Origin: a virus
Lineage: Duplodnaviria; Heunggongvirae; Uroviricota; Caudoviricetes
Length of the DNA stretch: 27,404 nt
Reading direction: 5' to 3' (one strand)
IMG/VR virus record: IMGVR_UViG_3300027819_000008
Location: 1 to 27,404 of that record
Every line of letters begins with the position of its first letter. Positions within the stretch are counted from its first letter, which is position 1. Of this stretch, positions 1-5,785 are shown piece by piece. The notes under the pieces were generated by a model. That model had not been told where the DNA came from, ran no database searches, and worked only from the letters and a program-made list of their open reading frames with translations. Position numbers and translations under genes: made by a program.

Positions 1-486
1 GTCCCCCTTGGTCCGGATCGCCCGGGCCCGGAAGTCGCGCTCACCCGGCAGCTTGCCGACCGACGGCCCGACGTGGCGGACAAACTCGAGGACCCGCTCG
101 GCGTCGAGTGCCGCCCCCGCCTCCAGGCGGCTGGCGAGGTTCGGCCGGGGGTTCCGCCACGACGGCTCGCGGAGCTCCTTGGCAGTCGCGTCGGGCAGCA
201 GGTGCCGCAGGGACCGGTCGTGGTCGCGCTCGTCCACCATGAGGCGGACCGCGGCGATGACCTGCCGGGCGGCCTGGGTCCTCGGCCGCGCAAAGTCCTG
301 CGCCATGCTGGTGTACGCGCTCGCCCGGCGCCGGAGGCTGCCGCGCGCGGACTGCTCGACCAGCGCGGCCTCCGCCTCACCCAGTGGGAGCACCTGCAGG
401 ATCAGGTCGGCGACGTCCTCCGGCCGCGGCCGGGTCCGGACCGCCTGGTACAGCGCGTCGGCGTGCTCGGCGCTCATCATCCCCAT
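1..486 (-). CDS. Hypothetical protein, runs off the window (3' partial)
   Basis: Not in the ORF track because it has no stop. Hand translation from ATG 486/480: M(G)MMSAEHADALYQAVRTRPRPEDVADLILQVL...GSLRRRASAYTSMAQDFARP..., open to base 1, with G/C-ending codons. No portal motif recognised. Confidence 0.7.
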   Translation of the reverse strand, partial: MGMMSAEHADALYQAVRTRPRPEDVADLILQVLPLGEAEAALVEQSARGSLRRRASAYTSMAQDFARPRTQAARQVIAAVRLMVDERDHDRSLRHLLPDATAKELREPSWRNPRPNLASRLEAGAALDAERVLEFVRHVGPSVGKLPGERDFRARAIRTKGD

Positions 487-497
487 ACCCACCATAT

Positions 498-3119
498 CTA
501 GCCCGTGAGGGTCACGCGCCGCCTGACCGGCTGACGCAGGCCCCCGAGGTCCCCGACCTGGATGCCGGCGCTGCCGAGCGCGAGCTTGTTGAACGCGAGC
601 GACGCGGCGTCCACCTGGTCGTCGTGGGCCCCGTCGGGGAAGTTGTGGAGCTCGGTCAGGAACGCCTCGTTCCACGGCCCCTCCACCAGCCGCACGTTCT
701 TCGCGCCGGCCTGCGCGGCCAGGGCCCGGGCGCGCGCGAGCTTGTCCCCGGTCACCGGCTCCGCGCGCACGATGAAGCCGGCCAACTGCTGCACGGAGAG
801 CTCCGCGCTCTCCTTCCCGCCGGAGCCCGGCTCCTGCTCCACGTGCACCTCGACCTCCGGGCCGTCCAGCTGGGCGCACTGGAGCATGAGGTCGTTCCGC
901 TCGTGCGCGCGCCACTGCCCGCGGACCACGTCCTCCACGTAGTAGATCCCGTCGGCCTCCGCGAGCTTCACGCCCGCGCTGTAGTCCGGACCCTTCTTGT
1001 CCCGCTTCTTCTTGGCGTCGGCCTCGGTGGCCGCCTTGTCCCAGCCCCGGGCGCGCCGGGCCTCCCGGGGGGCGGCCGGGACGATCCTGAACCACGACCG
1101 GTCGAACACCTGGCCGGCCTCGGCCTTGGCGTTCCAGTTGCCGCCGAGCAGGCGCGACCGCTCGAACGGCGGCAGGTTCATCAGCTTGGCGCGGTACAGC
1201 GGGTCCGCGTTGACGAGCGTCGGGTTGTCCTCGAGCTTGCCCGGGATGAACGTGAGCGAGAGCGGCAGGCTGCCCGGCACGCGCGCCTCGAGCTCCTCGC
1301 GGCTGCCGGCCCACGTCAGGTCCCCGTCGTCCCCGCGCACGAACCACCGCAGGACCCCGGAGCGCTCCGGGATCGGCAGCCCGTCCGCCCCGATCCACCA
1401 GTCGATCAGCTTGCGCAGCCAGCCCCCGACCGGGTCGTCGGCCGGCACCGGGTTGCAGCTGGCCCGCAGGTACGGCCGCACCTGCCCCGAGGGGTCCCGG
1501 TTCCGGGACTGCATGTACCAGAACATCGACTCCCCGAAGCTCTCGAGCTGGTCGAACTCCAGCAGCGGGATCTGGGACCCGTCGTACCCCTGCTTGTCCT
1601 TGTCGTGCTGCAGGTGGGCCAGCTCCACGCGCGCCCCGCTCGGGAACGTCCACTTCAGCGTGGACAGGTTCAGGTCCGCGCCCAGCCGGTAGTAGAGCTC
1701 CTCGCTGTTGTCCTTGAGGCCGCCCGCGTTCGTGATCTCGGGGCTCGTGCGGCGGAACAGGACGGCCCGGAAGCCGGGCAGGTGGCGGTGGCGCAGCGGC
1801 TCGATCAGCAGGGCGCGGGTATTGTGGGTCGGGATCATCGCTCGACCGGCGAGGTAGAGACCCGACGGCGCGTCCACGGTGATGCAGCGCATGGGAACCG
1901 GCGCCACTTCCTGGCACGAAGTGACGTAGCGAAATCGCGTCACCGGTCTAGTACCGAGGCGCTGGCGGCGCCGCTTGCGCTGCAGTCGAAACACAACCTC
2001 GGCGGGAGTCCACGCCAGGTCCCACGCGGGACCACAATCCCGGCCGTAAAGGCGCGCGCGCCTCTCCACAACGTGAACCTTCCAACCGAGCGACGTCACG
2101 AGCTCGAAAATCCCGTCTCGGAGCTCCGGCTTGATCGTTGTAATTGAGACTCCCGTACTCCGCGACGCAGTTCCGTCCGTGTCCATGAGGCCCTGCAGCA
2201 GGGCCAGCCTCTGGTCCCGCGACGCGCGGAGGTAGGGCGCCGGGATGTGCTTGCGACCGAAGACCCCGGTGCGCTTGAGCACGGTCTGGAGTCCCAAGAA
2301 GCCCCAGGTGTACTTCCGATGATAGGACGGCCGGAACCCGCCTCGGGCAAAGGCCCTCATGATGGGTGGGTCGGCGGTCGTCACCGCGGCAGACGTCGTA
2401 GAGCCGTCCCCGAGCCAGCACCCCAGCAGGTATGGGTCCAAGGGGAGGTCAGCCTCCGGGAGCTCCAAGGCCCCGGCAACTGGAATGGCATGGTTCACGC
2501 GACCGTCATGCGTTCGCAGAGTTGCCGCAATCTCTTTGGTCGTCAATACGGACCCGCGCGGGGGGTCGAGATACTCGTACTGCCGCGCCTTGTTGCGCGC
2601 GACAATCATGGCCGTAAACTTTGCGGACTTCTTTCCGCCGGGGCCACCGTTCAGCGCACGACGCGCTCGCGTCATGCTCCGGAACTCGGGCGTCCGCCGC
2701 CATCCCTTTTCGCGCTCGGAATAGCTAAAGGTCAGCCACAGGTGGTCGGCTCCCGCCAGGAACCACGAGCCATCATCAAACTCCATGCGGTAGGACACCG
2801 GCGCGGGATCAATCTCGTGAACGCGCAGTACGCGACACTGCTGACCACTCTCGTTGAACAACACCTCGCCGCGCCTCACGTCACCCATGGTCGTCCAGCC
2901 AGCAGGTGTCGGAAGTGGCGTGTCCAGGGCCAGCAGTTTCCCGCAACCTGCGGCCCCGCCGTAGATCCCGATGTCCGCGGGCGTGGCGAGGAACGCCTCC
3001 TGCGGGCCCGGATGCGGGCGCAGCACGATGGTGACGGGTGGGGTGGCCGGCGAGTTTCGATCTCGCTCCCCCGGGTTCACGACCCGGCGCTCTCCCGACT
3101 GAGCTACGGCCACCGTCAC
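498..3119 (-). CDS. terL: Terminase large subunit (Terminase_6/6C type) interrupted by an intein
   Basis: PQEAFL, Walker A YGGAAGCGK|T, VLFRRT, Walker B LLEFDQL, coupling motif ASCNP; nuclease domain RGWDKAA, EQEPGSGGK, GDKLARA, FPDGAHDDQVDA. The start could be 3119 or a GTG slightly downstream. Confidence 0.93.
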   Translation of the reverse strand: MTVAVAQSGERRVVNPGERDRNSPATPPVTIVLRPHPGPQEAFLATPADIGIYGGAAGCGKLLALDTPLPTPAGWTTMGDVRRGEVLFNESGQQCRVLRVHEIDPAPVSYRMEFDDGSWFLAGADHLWLTFSYSEREKGWRRTPEFRSMTRARRALNGGPGGKKSAKFTAMIVARNKARQYEYLDPPRGSVLTTKEIAATLRTHDGRVNHAIPVAGALELPEADLPLDPYLLGCWLGDGSTTSAAVTTADPPIMRAFARGGFRPSYHRKYTWGFLGLQTVLKRTGVFGRKHIPAPYLRASRDQRLALLQGLMDTDGTASRSTGVSITTIKPELRDGIFELVTSLGWKVHVVERRARLYGRDCGPAWDLAWTPAEVVFRLQRKRRRQRLGTRPVTRFRYVTSCQEVAPVPMRCITVDAPSGLYLAGRAMIPTHNTRALLIEPLRHRHLPGFRAVLFRRTSPEITNAGGLKDNSEELYYRLGADLNLSTLKWTFPSGARVELAHLQHDKDKQGYDGSQIPLLEFDQLESFGESMFWYMQSRNRDPSGQVRPYLRASCNPVPADDPVGGWLRKLIDWWIGADGLPIPERSGVLRWFVRGDDGDLTWAGSREELEARVPGSLPLSLTFIPGKLEDNPTLVNADPLYRAKLMNLPPFERSRLLGGNWNAKAEAGQVFDRSWFRIVPAAPREARRARGWDKAATEADAKKKRDKKGPDYSAGVKLAEADGIYYVEDVVRGQWRAHERNDLMLQCAQLDGPEVEVHVEQEPGSGGKESAELSVQQLAGFIVRAEPVTGDKLARARALAAQAGAKNVRLVEGPWNEAFLTELHNFPDGAHDDQVDAASLAFNKLALGSAGIQVGDLGGLRQPVRRRVTLTG
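1821..2936 (-). mobile_element. 372-aa intein with LAGLIDADG homing endonuclease, class-3 (WCT) type, inserted in the TerL Walker A
   Basis: GK|LLALDTPLPTPAGWTTMGDV (block A), ADHLW (B), LLGCWLGDG (C), LLQGLMDTDG (E), MRCITVD (F), IPTHN|T (G, +1 Thr). Removing it restores GGAAGCGKT. More A/T-ending codons than the exteins. Confidence 0.92.
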
Positions 3120-3132
3120 TCCTCTCAGCAGA

Positions 3133-3204
3133 TGGTTGCGGAGCCGGGACTCGAACCCGGATCGCTGGGCTTATGAGACCCGCGCGGTCCCGCGACCCCC
3201 CGCA
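3133..3204 (-). tRNA. tRNA-Met(CAT), possibly initiator-type, shrunken D-arm
   Basis: TGCGGGG/CTCCGCA-A-CCA acceptor, GGGT-CTCATAA-GCCC, CCGGG-TTCGAGT-CCCGG; D-arm CGCG-GGAC-CGCG. Met vs fMet vs Ile2 cannot be resolved by eye. Confidence 0.8.
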
Positions 3205-3214
3205 GTGTGCCGAA

Positions 3215-3289
3215 TGGTGCGACGGGGAGGAGTCGAACCTCCGCGCCCGGTGTTTCAGGCCGGCGCTCTACCGACTGAGCTACCGCCGC
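3215..3289 (-). tRNA. tRNA-Phe(GAA)
   Basis: GCGGCGG/CCGTCGC-A-CCA; CCGGC-CTGAAAC-ACCGG (C31.A39 mismatch); TTCGACT T-loop. Confidence 0.92.
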
Positions 3290-3309
3290 ACGTTCCCGGT
3301 CCTTCACAG

Positions 3310-3381
3310 TAGCGGCGCGTGGACTCGAACCACACTCGGCGGATTATCGGTCCGCTGCTCTGCCCGATGAGCTACGCCGCT
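3310..3381 (-). tRNA. tRNA-Ile(GAT), no encoded CCA, C33
   Basis: AGCGGCG/CGCCGCT-A followed by CT; GCGGA-CCGATAA-TCCGC; TTCGAGT. Confidence 0.85.
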
Positions 3382-3386
3382 GCAGT

Positions 3387-3464
3387 TGGCGAGGCGGGGA
3401 GGACTCGAACCTCCACCCACCGGGTTTGGAGCCCGGCGCTCTGTCCAGTTGGAGCTACCACCTC
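3387..3464 (-). tRNA. tRNA-Trp(CCA)
   Basis: GAGGTGG/CCGCCTC-G-CCA; CCGGG-CTCCAAA-CCCGG. Confidence 0.93.
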
Positions 3465-3473
3465 GCGTGACGT

Positions 3474-3549
3474 TGGTGCGGTCGGGAGGGTTCGAACCCC
3501 CGACCCTTCCCGTGTAAGGGGAACGCTCTCCCAGCTGAGCTACGACCGC
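3474..3549 (-). tRNA. tRNA-Val(TAC)
   Basis: GCGGTCG/CGACCGC-A-CCA; TTCCC-CTTACAC-GGGAA. Confidence 0.95.
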
Positions 3550-3560
3550 ACGTGAAGAGT

Positions 3561-3636
3561 TGGCGCGGCGAGCAGGAGTTGAACCTGCACGCTTCGGTTT
3601 ACGAAACCGCTGCTCTACCGTTGGAGCTACCGCCGC
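3561..3636 (-). tRNA. tRNA-Thr(CGT), G73 discriminator
   Basis: GCGGCGG/TCGCCGC-G-CCA; GCGGT-TTCGTAA-ACCGA; TTCAACT. Confidence 0.85.
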
Positions 3637-3646
3637 GCGTACCTCA

Positions 3647-3734
3647 TGGCGGAAGGCGCAGGGATCGAACCTGCGCACCCTCTCGGGTGACCTCGGCTTA
3701 GCAAGCCGGCACCTTGCCGCTCGGTCAGCCTTCC
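3647..3734 (-). tRNA. tRNA-Ser(GCT)
   Basis: GGAAGGC/GCCTTCC-G-CCA; CCGGC-TTGCTAA-GCCGA; long variable arm CACCC-GAGA-GGGTG. Confidence 0.94.
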
Positions 3735-3742
3735 GCGCCCGG

Positions 3743-3833
3743 TGGAGGAGGGAGCGAGATTTGAACTCGCACGGGTTTCTGAGGCCCTCGCCGGGATTCG
3801 ACGCCGGTGCCTTACCGTTGAGGCTATCCCTCC
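3743..3833 (-). tRNA. tRNA-Ser(CGA)-like, atypical (U73, G32, C31.C39)
   Basis: GGAGGGA/TCCCTCC-T-CCA; CCGG-CGTCGAATC-CCGG; long variable region; GCGAG-TTCAAAT-CTCGC. Confidence 0.7.
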
Positions 3834-3839
3834 GCATAT

Positions 3840-3914
3840 TGGCGCCGCCCGCCGGATTTGAACCGACGTCGCCGGGTTGAGGGCCCAGCATCCTGACCGC
3901 TAGAAGAGGGCGGC
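3840..3914 (-). tRNA. tRNA-Glu(CTC), C33
   Basis: GCCGCCC/GGGCGGC-G-CCA; CTGGG-CCCTCAA-CCCGG; TTCAAAT. Confidence 0.88.
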
Positions 3915-3929
3915 GCACGTTTACGAACA

Positions 3930-3959
3930 TGGCCCTGTTCACCGCGTCGTGAACAGGGC
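3930..3959 (-). other. Perfect 11-bp hairpin ending in CCA, occupying a tRNA slot (microhelix-like)
   Basis: Minus strand GCCCTGTTCAC-GACGCG-GTGAACAGGGC-CA, followed by the trailer TGTTCG that also follows the CCA of tRNA-Tyr (and ATGTTCG after tRNA-Cys). Confidence 0.6.
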
Positions 3960-3965
3960 GAACAT

Positions 3966-4039
3966 TGGAGACGCCGGAGGGAGTTGAACCCCCGTGGCCC
4001 GCTCTGCAGGCGGGTGCCTCGCCGCTCGGCCACGGCGTC
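3966..4039 (-). tRNA. tRNA-Cys(GCA)
   Basis: GACGCCG/CGGCGTC-T-CCA (U73); CCCGC-CTGCAGA-GCGGG. Confidence 0.93.
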
Positions 4040-4046
4040 TCGAGCA

Positions 4047-4117
4047 TGGTGGAGCCGCAGGGAGTTGAACCCTGTCGGGTCGCTTGCAAGGCGTCCCTGG
4101 CACCCGTGACCGGCCCC
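4047..4117 (-). tRNA. tRNA-Ala(TGC) lacking a recognisable D-stem
   Basis: GGGGCCG/CGGCTCC-A-CCA with G3.U70; GGGACGC-CTTGCAA-GCGACCC; CAGGG-TTCAACT-CCCTG; 71 nt. Confidence 0.82.
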
Positions 4118-4121
4118 GACC

Positions 4122-4197
4122 TGGTGCGACGGGCAGGAGTCGAACCTGCAACCAGAGGATTAAGAATCCCCTGCTCTGCCAGTTGAGCCACCGTCGC
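4122..4197 (-). tRNA. tRNA-Lys(CTT)
   Basis: GCGACGG/CCGTCGC-A-CCA; GGGGA-TTCTTAA-TCCTC. Confidence 0.94.
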
Positions 4198-4202
4198 GAA
4201 CA

Positions 4203-4287
4203 TGGTGCGCAGGGATGGACTCGAACCACCGCAGCCCGAAGGCAGCAGGTCTACAGCCTGCCCCATTTGCCGCTCTGGTACCTGCGC
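4203..4287 (-). tRNA. tRNA-Tyr(GTA)
   Basis: GCGCAGG/CCTGCGC-A-CCA; GCAGG-CTGTAGA-CCTGC; variable arm GCC-TTCG-GGC. Confidence 0.94.
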
Positions 4288-4295
4288 ACGAACCT

Positions 4296-4364
4296 TGGCT
4301 CCTGGAGTCGAACCACGCGCGTGCTGGTTAACAGCCAGCCATGCTACCGCCACATCCGGCAGGA
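4296..4364 (-). pseudogene. tRNA-Asn(GTT) with ~6-nt deletion removing the T-stem/acceptor 3' junction
   Basis: 5' TCCTGCC and GCTGG-CTGTTAA-CCAGC are intact, but the 3' end reads TTCGACT-CCAGGAG-CCA instead of the complementary CCACG-GGCAGGA-G-CCA. Confidence 0.8.
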
Positions 4365-4373
4365 GTGTGTTGC

Positions 4374-4448
4374 TGGAGCGGGCGGCGGGACTCGAACCCG
4401 CGCGCGACTGGGTGGAAGCCAGCGGCTCTGCCACTGAGCTACGCCCGC
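4374..4448 (-). tRNA. tRNA-Gly(TCC)
   Basis: GCGGGCG/CGCCCGC-T-CCA (U73); CTGG-CTTCCAC-CCAG. Confidence 0.94.
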
Positions 4449-4456
4449 CCGTATAT

Positions 4457-4533
4457 TGGCGATCGCGACCGGTCTCGAACCGGCAGCCTCCGAATCGACA
4501 GTCCGGTGCTCTATCCACTTGAGCTACGCGACC
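4457..4533 (-). tRNA. tRNA-Asp(GTC)
   Basis: GGTCGCG/CGCGATC-G-CCA; CCGGA-CTGTCGA-TTCGG. Confidence 0.93.
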
Positions 4534-4567
4534 GCACGACGTTCACGGCTACGACAACCTACCTGAA

Positions 4568-4625
4568 GGGAATTCGGTACGTCCCCACTACGATAACGCG
4601 ACCGTACCCATATGGGAGAATTCCC
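4568..4625. other. Nested inverted-repeat structure in the only long spacer of the tRNA array
   Basis: GGGAATTC(4568)...GAATTCCC(4625) enclosing GGTACG-TC/GAC-CGTACC and the palindrome CCCATATGGG. Confidence 0.5.
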
Positions 4626-4633
4626 GGCGAGGT

Positions 4634-4709
4634 TGGCGGGGCGTGCAGGGGTCGAACCTGCGACCTCCGGGTTCAGAGCCCGGCGCTCTGCCAGCTGAGC
4701 TAACGCCCT
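4634..4709 (-). tRNA. tRNA-Gln(CTG), A1.C72 mismatch
   Basis: AGGGCGT/ACGCCCC-G-CCA; CCGGG-CTCTGAA-CCCGG. Confidence 0.92.
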
Positions 4710-4716
4710 GTGACGA

Positions 4717-5037
4717 CTATACCTGACCGCGCAGATAGGCGCGGTGGACCTCGCACGCGCAGGGGTTGCGGAACCGGCGCTTGCCCGCCGTGTCCCCGCA
4801 GACCGGGCACGGTGTGTCGGCGGTGGGGTCGGCGATCGGGGTTATCCCCAGGTAGCAGTAGCTCCCGAGAGTCTTCGGGCCCTCGGTCTTCATTCGTTGA
4901 CCCCCATCTCCATGAGACCCCAGAAGAACTCGGCCCATGACGCACGCGCCGTTCATCTTGACCGTCCCATTGGTCGGGACCACGACCCAGTGCCCGCGGC
5001 GGTGCCAGCTCCAGACGTCGGCGGTGACCTGCCTCAT
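4717..5037 (-). CDS. Truncated Macro-domain N-terminus fused to a Cys-rich (Zn-binding?) peptide
   Basis: MRQVTADVWSWHRRGHWVVVPTNGTVKMNGACVMGR parallels the N-terminus of 5782..6255. The C-part has CPVC..CAC..H and its own ATG at 4893. Confidence 0.6.
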   Translation of the reverse strand: MRQVTADVWSWHRRGHWVVVPTNGTVKMNGACVMGRVLLGSHGDGGQRMKTEGPKTLGSYCYLGITPIADPTADTPCPVCGDTAGKRRFRNPCACEVHRAYLRGQV

Positions 5038-5183
5038 CGCAGGAACCCCCGCCACCACGCTGCGAGGACGGCCCCCACGCCGACGAGCAGGCCGGCGGAG
5101 GCCAGACCCCACCCCAGGAGCGTCCCGCCCAGGCAGATCAGCACCACCGAGAGGATCAGGAGCGCGCCGAGGACTCTCCTCAC
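5034..5183 (-). CDS. 49-aa two-TM membrane protein, holin candidate
   Basis: VRRVLGALLILSVVLICLGGTLLGWGLASAGLLVGVGAVLAAWWRGFLR; GTGA-coupled to the SLT gene. Confidence 0.55.
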   Translation of the reverse strand: MRRVLGALLILSVVLICLGGTLLGWGLASAGLLVGVGAVLAAWWRGFLR

Positions 5184-5785
5184 GGCCGCACCTCGTGGGC
5201 CACGCGCACGAACTTCACGGCGACCCGCTCGGCGTACCGGTCCCCGGGCCAGTCCTCCCGCGCCCGCGAGGAGCCCCGGTTGTACCCCCGCAGGGCGACG
5301 GCCCCCATGCCCCCGAACTCGTCCCGCAGGCCGGCCAGGTGGGCCAGCCCGATCGTGACGTTCAGCTTGGCGTCCAGCAGCGCGCGCTGGACCGGGCGCT
5401 CGCACGCGAGCTCGCGGTTGGCGCAGACGAGCTCGGCCGTGGCCGGCAGCACCTGCATGAGCCCGACCTCGCCCCGCTTCCCCACCGCGGCGGGGTTGAA
5501 CTCGCTCTCGTGGTCGATCAGGGCCAGCACCAGGCGGAAGTCGATGCGGTGCCGCTCGGCCTCCGCCAGCAGGTGGCCGGGGAAGCCGGCGAAGTCCCGG
5601 ATGGTCGCGCCCGGGTTCCGCCGCACGACCAGCTCGAGGACCTGCCGCTCGGTGTCGAGCGCCTGCCGGGTGTGGTCCGCGCGGGCGCCGGCCTCGTACT
5701 GCGTGCCGGAGAGGTAGCCGGACCCGAACACGAGCGCCACCATGCAGAGGAAGATGAACGTCCGGAACCAGTCTATCTTTTTCAC
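5180..5785 (-). CDS. Lytic transglycosylase (SLT domain) with N-terminal membrane anchor
   Basis: LVLALIDHESEFNPAAVGKRGEVGLMQVLPATA, LNVTIGLAHL, ALRGYNRG, YAERV; hydrophobic FIFLCMVALVFGSGYLSG at the N-terminus. Confidence 0.92.
   Translation of the reverse strand: MKKIDWFRTFIFLCMVALVFGSGYLSGTQYEAGARADHTRQALDTERQVLELVVRRNPGATIRDFAGFPGHLLAEAERHRIDFRLVLALIDHESEFNPAAVGKRGEVGLMQVLPATAELVCANRELACERPVQRALLDAKLNVTIGLAHLAGLRDEFGGMGAVALRGYNRGSSRAREDWPGDRYAERVAVKFVRVAHEVRP

Noticed and set aside
384-2147. Long plus-strand ORFs throughout (e.g. 384..2147, 6494..7786, 17531..18928, 21163..23535)
   Set aside because: Antisense shadows of GC3-rich minus-strand genes; low-complexity R/G/P/A translations with no motifs.
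4047-4117. Bona fide tmRNA (ssrA)
   Set aside because: Only 71 nt, with a UGC anticodon loop and no tag ORF or pseudoknot region.
3038-4703. ORFs spanning the tRNA array (e.g. 3304..4518)
   Set aside because: They are translations of tRNA genes (repeated GSxP/VRxP from T-loops).
3120-4710. CRISPR array or direct-repeat array
   Set aside because: The periodic similarity comes from tRNA T-arm/D-arm consensus; there are no identical repeats with unique spacers and no cas genes.
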